Shown here piece after piece: positions 35,652 through 44,823 of a stretch of DNA of 64,000 nt. A program made the position numbers and the translations under genes. The notes below the pieces were generated by a model, which was not told where the DNA came from, did not search any database, and saw nothing but the letters and a program-made list of their open reading frames with translations. Source of the DNA: Naegleria gruberi (taxonomy: Eukaryota); NCBI GenBank assembly GCA_000004985.1, contig GG738848.1. One strand, given 5' to 3'. Each line of letters starts with the position of its first letter. The first letter of the stretch is position 1.

Positions 35652-38256
35652 TTATTGCAAGATGAGATGAACTGTAATTTCCTCTTGTTCTGAAGAAATA
35701 TTAAGGATTCTCATCTTTTCATTCGATTTTAATAGAGAGGCTAGAGGAGTAGTCAAGTATGATTGCTCGTTATGTTCTGAGAATATTGATGGAGCAAATA
35801 AAGAACCAGTTTCTCCCTTGGAATTTGTAATGAAAATTGTGTCCATCTCCTGATTGAGTGTTCTAGCTTCCTTCACCAATTCCTCAATGGTATCTGTAAA
35901 TTTCATATGAATTTCTTTAATATTATCAGAAATGTTCTCATAATGAATGTCTAAATCATCCAAACAGATATTATACTTGATATAGGAAAGTTTCTTTGAA
36001 TATTGATTCAACTGTTGAAGATATTGAAGTAAATGAAAACATTGAATTGATGCTGCCACGGATGTGGTAGTAATCAGAGCTGGATGAATTGCTCCAGCTA
36101 TTTTCTTTGCTTTGAAAAACTCAATTGGCTTACAAAGTTTCCTCCCAAAAAGGAAAAAGTTTTCTGCCCTAATATTGGAAGTGTCTTGAACGAACTGAAC
36201 CATCAAATCATCATCTTTTTCATATACTAAAGGTTTGAATGGTGAATTGACCTTCATATTTGAGTGAGTCATCTCTTCACTTTTTTCAGGAATAGTTATT
36301 TGGTGGTGAAACTTATTTTCATATTGTTGCAATTCTTCCCTTGTCAATGGCATGAATGGAAATTCAACACTTGATACAGATCTTGTTGATGGAATCAAAT
36401 CATTATTATCAAGATGTCTGTACAGTAAATAAATAGTAGTATTCATAAATGAGAAGTGACTCTCCTTTTCATAATTCAATTTAGCAGGACGTGGAGTAAA
36501 CTCTACCGATTCATTAAGGAAATATTGAATCTTGTTATCTTCATTCAATTCATCCAAATTGCAAAGTGTATTTTCTTGGAATGGACTGACAAATAACTGA
36601 TTAAACACCTCACGTGCAAGCACATAGAGGTGATTATTGACATTTCCAAGTTCAACCCTTTCTAATAATCTTGGGACCATTCTTGTGAAATAATCTTCGT
36701 ATTTCATTTTACTCCACATGATTAAATCTTCATGTTTTTCAGGATTGCTTTTCAGTGTGCAGGATGTTCTGATCTCTTCTCTTTCTTCCTCCTCTGTTTT
36801 TTGATTCTCATTGTGGAAGGGCTTTGTTGAGGCGTAGAGATGGAATGAATTTTGTGAGTAAAATCCTTGAGTTCCAGAGTTGATGAATGGAATTTTGTAA
36901 AGATTACACTTGTGAGAGAGGAATTGTCTTGCATGGTCATTATCTACTGCACCAAAAACAACGTCAATGGAAGACCAGAATGAATCTTGATTAAGATATG
37001 ATTCACTGTCACTGGTCAACTTTTCTTCAAACGATTCAATATTGACCTTTGAATTAAAGTAGTTGACCATCTTTTTCAATATTTGAGATTTCTTTGATCC
37101 AATATCACTTTGAGAGAAGAAAAATTGACGATTAAGATTTGTCAACTCAATACTATCCATATCTGTCACGTACATTGAACCTCTAGTAGTACATGCATTC
37201 ATGACCATCAAGTTCTTTACCAATTCACAACCTATTGCTCCAGCACCAACAATTAAAATATTCAAATCCTCAAGACCTAGCTCTTGAATTTTGAGTTGGC
37301 TTGGAGCCAAAGATAATTGATCAAAAAAGAAATAATATGGGTGCTTTTCTTTTGACAGCTCCAAAATCTGACACAGAATCTCATTTGCTGTAATTGCAGC
37401 AAAAAAACTTGTCTGTTTGTTCATGAGTAATAAAATACTTTGTAAAAGCTTACCATTGCATAATTGGAAGTTTCTCTAACTTTCTCGTGTTGAATGAATT
37501 TTTCATGATAGAAATTTAACAATTGATCTTTAACTTCATTCTCGTCATATGAGTCAATTGGATTTTCCATTTCTTCCATCTTTTCTGTAAATAAATCAAA
37601 CAAGGTGTTGACATCCATATTGTCAATAAAATTAGAAACAAGAGTTGAGAATTCTTCTAATGAAGTGTTCTCAAATATTGCATTGAGAATAGGACCATCT
37701 AAACAGCTTCTGTGAAAATGAGGAATTTGCTCCGTTTCACTTTTTGGAATAGTCAATATTCTTCCAATAAGCCCACTCACTTGAACACTAACTATTGTAT
37801 TAGAAAGATCATTAAAATTTGATTTTTCAATTCCACATTTAACAATACACTTTTAACCATTAGAGATAAAACCTAAACTTTCACTTACTGAGAACTGTTT
37901 CAAATTATTAGAAACTTCATCTGCTGAAACTTGCTTCACATTTGAGTCAGGGTTTAATCGGTGAATTTCTTCTTGGAAATTTTCTCCTTTCACATAACTC
38001 TGATCAAAATTGTAAGCTATTAGAATAGAAGAAGAATACTTACATCAAAATGGATTGTTGACAAATCTCCTTCTTCAATAGCAACAAGAGCCATGGCTTT
38101 GAATCCTAAAAGGATTAAATTTTTGGTCAACTCGACCAACATTGAACAACTTTGAGTATTCCTTTGGTTGTACTCAATCATCAAGTTACTATTATGAATT
38201 TTACTTGTAGAATCCTGCCCTAAAGCATACTCTTGCCTGTCCCATAAGTTTGACAT
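35652..38256 (-). CDS. compact UBA1-architecture E1 ubiquitin-like activating enzyme, 4 exons, about 826 aa
   Basis: Exons are 38256..38044, 37999..37889, 37849..37454 and 37412..35652. Introns are 44, 39 and 41 nt, all GT-AG and all phase 0. The N-terminus LWDRQEYALGQ...LVELTKNLILLGFKAMALVAIEEGDLS matches the first (inactive) adenylation domain of E1s. The second ThiF domain is LNILIVGAGAIGCELVKNL...ELTNLNRQFFF...VDNDHAR. The catalytic-Cys box TSCTLKSNPEKHEDLIMW aligns with UBA1 PICTLKNFPNAIEHTLQW. The region between the two adenylation domains is too short to hold an FCCH domain. A UFD-like C-terminal domain is present. Confidence 0.7.
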
Positions 38257-38273
38257 TTTTTTGATCGAATGTT

Positions 38274-38280
38274 AACGTGA
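38274..38280 (+). promoter_or_regulatory. AACGTGA motif copy 1, in the shared E1/UEV1 bidirectional upstream region
   Basis: The sequence is gttAACGTGAttt, 18 bp from the E1 ATG on the minus strand and 56 bp before the UEV1 ATG. Confidence 0.5.
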
Positions 38281-38335
38281 TTTCCCAAGTCACTTCACTT
38301 TTCAAACTAAACTAATTGAAAAAAATTGTATTACA

Positions 38336-39064
38336 ATGTCTTCATCACGTTTGAGAAGGATCAAAAACGATCTTACAGAGGTACAACAAAATGCTTCTCT
38401 TCCTCCTTTATTAACATTTACACAGACTGAAAATTCTAGTATCATTCTCTTTAGTTTTAACTTGGACGAAACATCAAGTCTTTATGCAGGTGCCAATTTT
38501 CAGATTGAAGTTTCATTCCCAGAAAATTATCCCCACAAACCTCCTTCTTTCACATTCAAACACACCGTTCCATATCATTTCCTTGTTGATCAAATTAATG
38601 GAAAGGTAATTGGCCTCTCAAAACTTTCGACATGGTCAATGCTATTCACTTTACAATCAATATTTTCTGATCTCTACTCAAAATTTGTAAATGAACCAAG
38701 TCAAGAAGATGCTGAACAATGTGGTGTTAATGAGGATATGATTACAGAATATAGAAACACTCCACAAATCTACAGAGAAAAAGCAAGAAACTCTGTCAGA
38801 AAGTTGCAATTAACTGTAATTGAAAATCCTCTTGATTCAAATGAAATGAAGGATGAAGAATCTACTGAATCGAATGAAACGATTCATGAAGTAGTAGTTG
38901 ATGAAAATAACTTGCAGCCAAGTAATCCAATTTTGGAACAACCACTTGATTCAAGATTTGTTAATTCCAGTAATCACCACAAAATTGTTTCTCATGAAGA
39001 TGAATGGAATTATGAATACGGCTTGTATCATTTAAATATGAGATATGGAAATTACAATCAATAA
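38336..39064 (+). CDS. UBC-fold E2 variant (UEV) lacking catalytic Cys, 242 aa
   Basis: The E2 N-terminal helix is SRLRRIKNDLTEV, followed by FPENYPHKPPSFTFKHTVPYHFLVDQINGKVIGLSKLSTWS. The HPN-x-G-x-I-C-L core is present, but the Cys position is not conserved. The only Cys in the protein lies in the C-terminal tail. Confidence 0.65.
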   Translation: MSSSRLRRIKNDLTEVQQNASLPPLLTFTQTENSSIILFSFNLDETSSLYAGANFQIEVSFPENYPHKPPSFTFKHTVPYHFLVDQINGKVIGLSKLSTWSMLFTLQSIFSDLYSKFVNEPSQEDAEQCGVNEDMITEYRNTPQIYREKARNSVRKLQLTVIENPLDSNEMKDEESTESNETIHEVVVDENNLQPSNPILEQPLDSRFVNSSNHHKIVSHEDEWNYEYGLYHLNMRYGNYNQ

Positions 39065-39114
39065 ATATTTTATTCAGAATATATTGTACATTTGTTTTTG
39101 TAACAGATTATTGC

Positions 39115-39945
39115 TTATTGAAATAACAATCTATTTTCAATTTCGTGCAAATCCTCTTTGGTTTGTGTTGGAGCTACAGGCAATGAACACTTGACATATG
39201 CACCATGAGTTGTTCCAGTTGCTTCTGTACCACTACACTTGAACGGCCATTTACCAGTATTTGTATTGTAAAGAGACAAACAAGCATGACAAAAAACAGC
39301 ATTACATCTTGGACAGTGAGTATGCTTGCACCTGTCTAACTTTCCATCAGATGATGCTTGTCTTTCACAATAATTTCCACAATTAACACATAATCTTGCC
39401 AAAGGAACAACTATTTCTTGATTGGATAGATTAATCTTGGCAGTTACAGAGGATCTAGTTGTCAAGGCAGTGATCAAGGGATCTTCATTAGAACATCCAT
39501 TTCCACAAATTCCTTCACCATTCTTCCATTGATTGCCACAAATGAAACAAAAGTCAAATTTGCAAACATCACAACTCAATCTAACATCGCTGGTGTTTCT
39601 TCTAATGAAGTGATTCTTACACTTATTACAAGTAGTTGCTCTCTTGATCTTGTAATGAATATCATTCAATGCTGAATCAAACTCTTCAATTTTATCATAA
39701 TCGATATTGGCTTGATTGACCCAATTCATTGAAATGGTTTCGCCACAATTAGTTTCATCACTTCCAGTTACATTCTTATTGGAACCATAACAAACCATTG
39801 CTGTTCCTTTCGACAAGTTTTGTAAATTTTCAACAAGACAGTCTTGACAAATATAATGTTGACATTTAAGTTTCAATAATTGTTGAGTGCCAAGACAATA
39901 GAAGCATTTAGACATTTTTTTGACTTGAGAGTTCCCAAATGTCAC
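39115..39945 (-). CDS. RING-between-RING (RBR) E3 ubiquitin ligase, 276 aa
   Basis: RING1 reads CFYCLGTQQLLKLKCQHYICQDC...C..C. The IBR reads CNKCKNHFIRR...CDVCKFDFCFICGNQW. The Rcat reads CVNCGNYCERQASSDGKLDRCKHTHCPRCNAVFCHAC, which matches HHARI [20 protein letters not shown], with the catalytic Cys in DRCKH. Confidence 0.75.
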   Translation of the reverse strand: MTFGNSQVKKMSKCFYCLGTQQLLKLKCQHYICQDCLVENLQNLSKGTAMVCYGSNKNVTGSDETNCGETISMNWVNQANIDYDKIEEFDSALNDIHYKIKRATTCNKCKNHFIRRNTSDVRLSCDVCKFDFCFICGNQWKNGEGICGNGCSNEDPLITALTTRSSVTAKINLSNQEIVVPLARLCVNCGNYCERQASSDGKLDRCKHTHCPRCNAVFCHACLSLYNTNTGKWPFKCSGTEATGTTHGAYVKCSLPVAPTQTKEDLHEIENRLLFQ

Positions 39946-39977
39946 TAGTCAAGCTGCACTTCAAACAGCTTTTTCGA

Positions 39978-39984
39978 AACGTGA
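39978..39984 (+). promoter_or_regulatory. AACGTGA motif copy 2, in the shared RBR/UBL upstream region
   Basis: The sequence is cgaAACGTGAtg. Confidence 0.5.
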
Positions 39985-40001
39985 TGAAACTTATACACTC
40001 A

Positions 40002-40008
40002 AACGTGA
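40002..40008 (+). promoter_or_regulatory. AACGTGA motif copy 3
   Basis: The sequence is caAACGTGAta, about 80 bp upstream of the UBL ATG. Confidence 0.5.
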
Positions 40009-40086
40009 TACACCCCAAAACGCAACACAAGAATTCAATAAATAGATTTTAAATCACAGAATATTAATATCTCAATTCATAAAAAA

Positions 40087-40356
40087 ATGTCCACTCCATT
40101 AAACGTTTCCATTCAACAAGGTGTCCATACTAAAGTACTCTCAATCAGTCAAACTGCAACAGTGAAAGACCTTGCAACCATGTACAAATCCCAAACTGAA
40201 CTTAAAGAATTCTACTTTTTGCATAGAACCACCAGACTTGAAGAAACTACTATTGTTTCTCATATTATTAAACATCCAAACCAAAAGTTAGTAGTTGTTG
40301 GAATTGCTAAAGGTGGTTCTGAAGAAGGAAGAGCATCAATCTTGTCTCTTATTTAA
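40087..40356 (+). CDS. small ubiquitin-like (beta-grasp) protein with internal Gly-Gly followed by a 12-aa C-terminal tail, 89 aa
   Basis: The sequence MSTPLNVSIQQGVHTKVLSISQTATVKDLATMYK...KLVVVGIAKGG|SEEGRASILSLI has the length and hydrophobic periodicity of a ubiquitin fold. It loosely resembles the UFM1 core ([11 protein letters not shown] compared with KVLSISQTATV). GG at positions 76-77 followed by a short extension is the arrangement seen in processed UBL precursors. Confidence 0.5.
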   Translation: MSTPLNVSIQQGVHTKVLSISQTATVKDLATMYKSQTELKEFYFLHRTTRLEETTIVSHIIKHPNQKLVVVGIAKGGSEEGRASILSLI

Positions 40357-40513
40357 ACCTAGTTGAGTTTCGTCAAGATATTGAAATAAACTCTCTTTTT
40401 TCAATTAAATCGAAATATTAATCATTTCTGCTGCTTATGAAATCAAGCCGTGTGATCAAACGAGAATCTAATTTTGGTGCCACTGGTGCAAATGATTAAG
40501 TTAGGAAGTCTGA

Positions 40514-40520
40514 AACGTGA
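40514..40520 (+). promoter_or_regulatory. AACGTGA motif copy 4, 17 bp upstream of the UEV2 ATG
   Basis: The sequence is tgaAACGTGAaa. Confidence 0.5.
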
Positions 40521-40536
40521 AAAAAACAATTAAAAA

Positions 40537-41016
40537 ATGTCAAAACAAAGAAGAATTCTGAATGAAGTTGCTGAAGCCAACAAGAACAATCATCCAAAGA
40601 TCAAATTTGAAATTTCCCAAGAGAATTTACATGGTTGGAATTGTTCATTTAAAGGTCCAGATAACACTCCCTATCAAGATTTGCAATTTGAAGGAACTCT
40701 CTGTCTTCCGTAAGTTTAGTTTGGATTAGTTTTGCTAATATTTTGCTTGGTTAGAAATGATTTTCCTTCATCAAGACCAACCTTTGTATTCTCTTCCAAA
40801 ACAATTCCATACCACATCAATGTAGACGATAGTGGTGTAGCTTCTGTCTCTTTGCAATGGACTCCCACACTCACAGGAATAGTTTTTGTCGAAAGTGTAA
40901 TTAACATGTTAGAAACTCCACAACCAACTTGTTCTGTTAGTGATGAAAGATTCAAATTATATCAAAGTAACAAAGATCAATATCAAAAACAAGCCAGCAA
41001 ATTCCTCCAAGAATAA
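40537..41016 (+). CDS. Mms2/Uev1-like E2 variant (UEV) lacking catalytic Cys, 2 exons, 144 aa
   Basis: Exons are 40537..40709 and 40755..41016, with a 45-nt intron GTAAGT...GGTTAG that is phase 2 and keeps frame. The sequence is RRILNEVAEANKNN...WNCSFKGPDNTPYQDLQFEGTLCLPNDFPSSRPTFVFSSKTIPYHINVDDSGVASVSLQWTP. The UBC fold is present with Ala at the active-site Cys position. It resembles Mms2 KINMNGINNSSGMVDARSI. Confidence 0.65.
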
Positions 41017-41022
41017 ACGTGA
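41016..41022 (+). promoter_or_regulatory. AACGTGA motif copy 5 (overlaps the UEV2 stop codon)
   Basis: The sequence is taAACGTGAtc. Confidence 0.45.
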
Positions 41023-41037
41023 TCATTGTAAACTTGA

Positions 41038-41044
41038 AACGTGA
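41038..41044 (+). promoter_or_regulatory. AACGTGA motif copy 6, 18 bp upstream of the USP ATG
   Basis: The sequence is gaAACGTGAga. Confidence 0.5.
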
Positions 41045-41061
41045 GACGAATCTTAAAAAAA

Positions 41062-42414
41062 ATGTTAGAAAGAGGTTTTGAAAATGTTGGCAATACCTGT
41101 TATTTGAATTCTTCTTTGGTAACACTCCTCTGCATTGATCAGTTCAAGAGTCTTATCAACACCAGTAAATCACCAATTTGTAAACTAACAAGTCAACTGT
41201 TGGAAAAAAAAATGTCCATGAAGGAGTTTGTCAATATTTTGCAGAAAATGTTTGATTACTTTCTAAAAGATAAGGTTTGTTTATAATACTGATAATTTTG
41301 ATTGAATTTGTGCAGAATTTCATGTTGAGATCTCAAAATGATTCATCTGTAAGTTTCTAATGCTTTACAAATCGAAATTAATGACAGGAAAAAGGAATTC
41401 ATTACAAAGTTGTTACAAATCATAAAGCTCGAAAAGAACCATGATTTATCATTCATGGATGGAGAATTAGAAACAAGAATTAGTTGTACAAATTGTGGAG
41501 ATATAGATCAGTACGTTTCTCCATTTATTGGGCAAAAAGTTTGCGTTCCCTATTCACAACCATTGAATTCTTTACTTGAAAGCTTTTTCTTGGTTAGTGA
41601 GCCTTGTAGTCAATGCTCTGGAACATTTAGTACCTCTCAATTCTTTAAGGGGACAATTCCACACTGGTTATTATTTCAATTCTACTATACAGAAGCATCG
41701 ACAAGAGTTGAACTTGATGAGAATGAATTAGTTTGCTCTCTTTCAGTCAAAGAGGGTGAATGTGCAGAGTATGATATTAAGGCAATGACTCTTCGTTGTG
41801 GAGGAGATCTTAAATATGGACATTATGTCAGTGCTGTTTTTTTCAACAAGGGTGTTAGAGTTTACAATGACAGTTTTATTAGAGATTATCCAAACTTTAA
41901 AAGTTTTTGGATGGAATATTCGGGTTGGCAAATCAAAGACATTCTTCTTGAATCAATTGTATATGAAGATGTTGTTGCAGAGGAAACAGAACAACAAACA
42001 AAAAAAGGATTCCTACGACGTGTACGAGGTTTTGTTCAAAAAATCAAAAAGCAAACCAAGTTTAAGAAAAAAGAAACGATTGGACTCAAAAAAGCACTCA
42101 TTCAATACCGGAAGCAATTCATTGAAGAAATTGAAAAAAGAAATAGCCATTTTGAAACGGACACATGCTTTTTACTATTGTTATACCAAATTTGGGAACT
42201 TATAATTAGATATCTGGAATTATTGTTTAAGCTTGCTGCTGGTGTTGAAGTTAGACTCTGGCAATCAACATCTATTTTCTCACCAAAATATTTCACAGAT
42301 TCACAAATCTATTTTGCAGATATTGAATTTCATTTTCAAGACAACCAACCCCAAAACATTCGAAAGCCAGTTGAAGAAGAAATCAAATCACTTGAATTTG
42401 TATATCACCTCTAA
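41062..42414 (+). CDS. USP-family ubiquitin-specific protease (deubiquitinase), 3 exons, about 423 aa
   Basis: Exons are 41062..41274, 41316..41348 and 41388..42414. Introns are 41 and 39 nt (GTTTGT...TGCAG and GTAAGT...GACAG), both phase 0. The Cys box is GFENVGNTCYLNSSL. The QQD-box-like segment is QNDSSGKKEFITKLL. The His box is YDIKAMTLRCGGDLKYGHYVSAVFFNKGVRVYNDSFI. Confidence 0.75.
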
Positions 42415-42446
42415 TATATTTCTTTATTTACATGTACAAATTGTAT

Positions 42447-44694
42447 TTACTCATCTCGCTGTTTCAAATAGTAAGAAGAAAGCTTATCCTCTGAGAATGA
42501 AATATCATTCTTATAAGCCTTCTTAATACTTCTATATTTCTTACACATACAAATGGAAAAGACAACAGCTGCAACAAGTGAGAGCAACAAGACACCTACT
42601 AAGCAGAATAAAGCAATAACTGCTGAATGGGCCCAATCTGATTCACTCTCCAGTTCATAAAGATATTGATATTTACAGTAAATTGGTTTGAGAGGTGGAA
42701 TAGTTTTGAAATTTCTCTTAACCTGAGTGTGACATCTATGGTTGACTAATCTAGTCATGGCATCATCGAGGCTCTTAACAGTTGAAGGACTCCAAGCTCT
42801 TTCAGCAAATGCTGAAATTCTTGGGAATATAGTTGAAATAATAACCTCATTATGAACATTTTCTCCCCACATGGCTGCTTCCAATCCAATAATTTTAGAA
42901 CTGTCATATGTTTCACTTGAATTAAATTGATCGTTTGGATCAACAAGATACAAAGACTTCCAAGTATCCACAAATGTGTATGGACTATTTTTGTGTTAAT
43001 AATTAAAAAATAATAATAACCTATAAACATACGGTGGAGTTGGGGTTGGTGAATTACCAACAACATTTTGAACCATATCCAAATAATATCCAGCAGAAAG
43101 AATGGTTCTGTAACCTCTATTAACACATTCAGGAAGATTTTTGGCATCTCTCCAAATTTGGCAAATACTCTTAGTTTTATCTGGAGTAAATAAAGATGAT
43201 TTCATTCTTAAAAACAAATCTTCCCAAAAGATGAGATTTGAAATTTTTTGATAATTTTCACCAGAAGCAAGTCTTGCTTGGAAATATGCCCAAATATCAT
43301 TGGCTGACTCAATTTTACCATAATCAGTTTGGTTACCAGTTGCTGTTATAAATAATATGTAATTATTATTGTAAACAAGTTAATAAATTAAATTTGATAA
43401 ATAACATACCTGCAAAGAAGTCTGTAATGACTGGATTTTCAGTCCAACAAGATTTAACAATTTCATCTGATCCAAGATGCATTGTGGTTAATTGAACAGA
43501 TGATGCGAGAGTTGGAGCTTTTTGAGTGATACCACTTGTGGATTGCCATTGTGCAATAATTGCTTCAATTAATTCATAGGTCAATGGTTCAACAACATTG
43601 AAAGGGAAGTTATTGATATTAGCAGACAATCTTGTTGGGCATGAGGATACAACTTCACTATAAGCATAGGCAAATGATTTGGCATGACCAGGCATATCAA
43701 ATTCAGGAATAACTTGAATACCTCTGTAATAAGCAAATTCAATAATTGTTGCAATGTCATTGCTGGTAAATACTAAATCTTTAGAAAAGCTAGACTTTTC
43801 ACTCAACTTGGAGAATTTACCATACATTTGATATGGGAATGATTGAGCATCTGACAAGTGAATGTGTAATACGTTCAATTTATCGAATGACATTAATTCA
43901 ATAATATCCAAAATTGTACTTGTGTAAATATAATTTCTAGAAACATCAATCATCAATCCTCTATATTTGTATCTTGGACTATCTTTGATTACAATAGGAC
44001 TATTTGGAATAAAGAAGAAATTTGAATTTGGATTTCTTCTAATCATTTGTGCAAAAGTCTCCAAAGCTCTCAAAAATCCGAATTGAGTATTTGATTTAAT
44101 GACCATACCTCTTGATTTGATTGAAATTTCATAAGACTCATCAATATCAAACACATTCAACAATGGCAATTTTGTTGCTTCTCTTATTTGAATTACTACA
44201 TTATCTGTGTAAAAATCAAATTCATTATCTTCATCATTATTATTACTATTATCATTATCAGAACCACTATTAGTAAATAATTTAAACATCCACTTGGTAT
44301 ATCTATCAAGTGCCTTCCCTACAATTGGAAAATCACTAACAGAAGCACTGTTTCCATTCACTTCCAAAGCAAAATTCAATTTATAAAAACTAATCATTCG
44401 TGTTTGTGATGAATCCCATGATACTTCCTTCGGTCTAGGAACAAGATATTTAATAATTTCAGTATTAGGATTATAGCCTAAAGTATAATGATTGCAACAC
44501 AACAAGAGAACAAGTAGTGAAAATACAATCATCATCATTCGATGACTTGTTAATGTCCTCATGATCATGGAATTGTTACTCCTCGATAATGATGAAGATG
44601 ATGATGGTGGTGATGATGATGAATAAATTAGAGAATATTCTCGGTGGTGATGATGGTAATGCCCCACTACTTCGGAGAGTTGAAGTGATGACAT
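42447..44694 (-). CDS. beta-N-acetylhexosaminidase (GH20) with C-terminal transmembrane segment, 3 exons
   Basis: Exons are 44694..43410, 43342..43033 and 42984..42447. Introns are 67 and 48 nt (GTATGT...AG) and keep frame. GH20 motifs are present: HIHLSDAQSFPY, FDMPGHAKSFAYAY, HLGSDEI and GLEAAMWGEN...AERAWSP. The likely true start is an internal Met before the signal peptide MRTLTSHRMMMIVFSLLVLLLCC. The C-terminus is AVIALFCLVGVLLLSLVAAVVFSICMC followed by a basic tail. Confidence 0.8.
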
Positions 44695-44823
44695 TTTTTG
44701 GTTACAATCATGTGAAGATATTTCGGGGTGTTACATTACAGTGCAATAAAGTAATAAGTTAACAGGCAATATTTACAACAGACCATTCATGAGGTTGTTA
44801 TTAGTTGAGTGATGATAATATTT

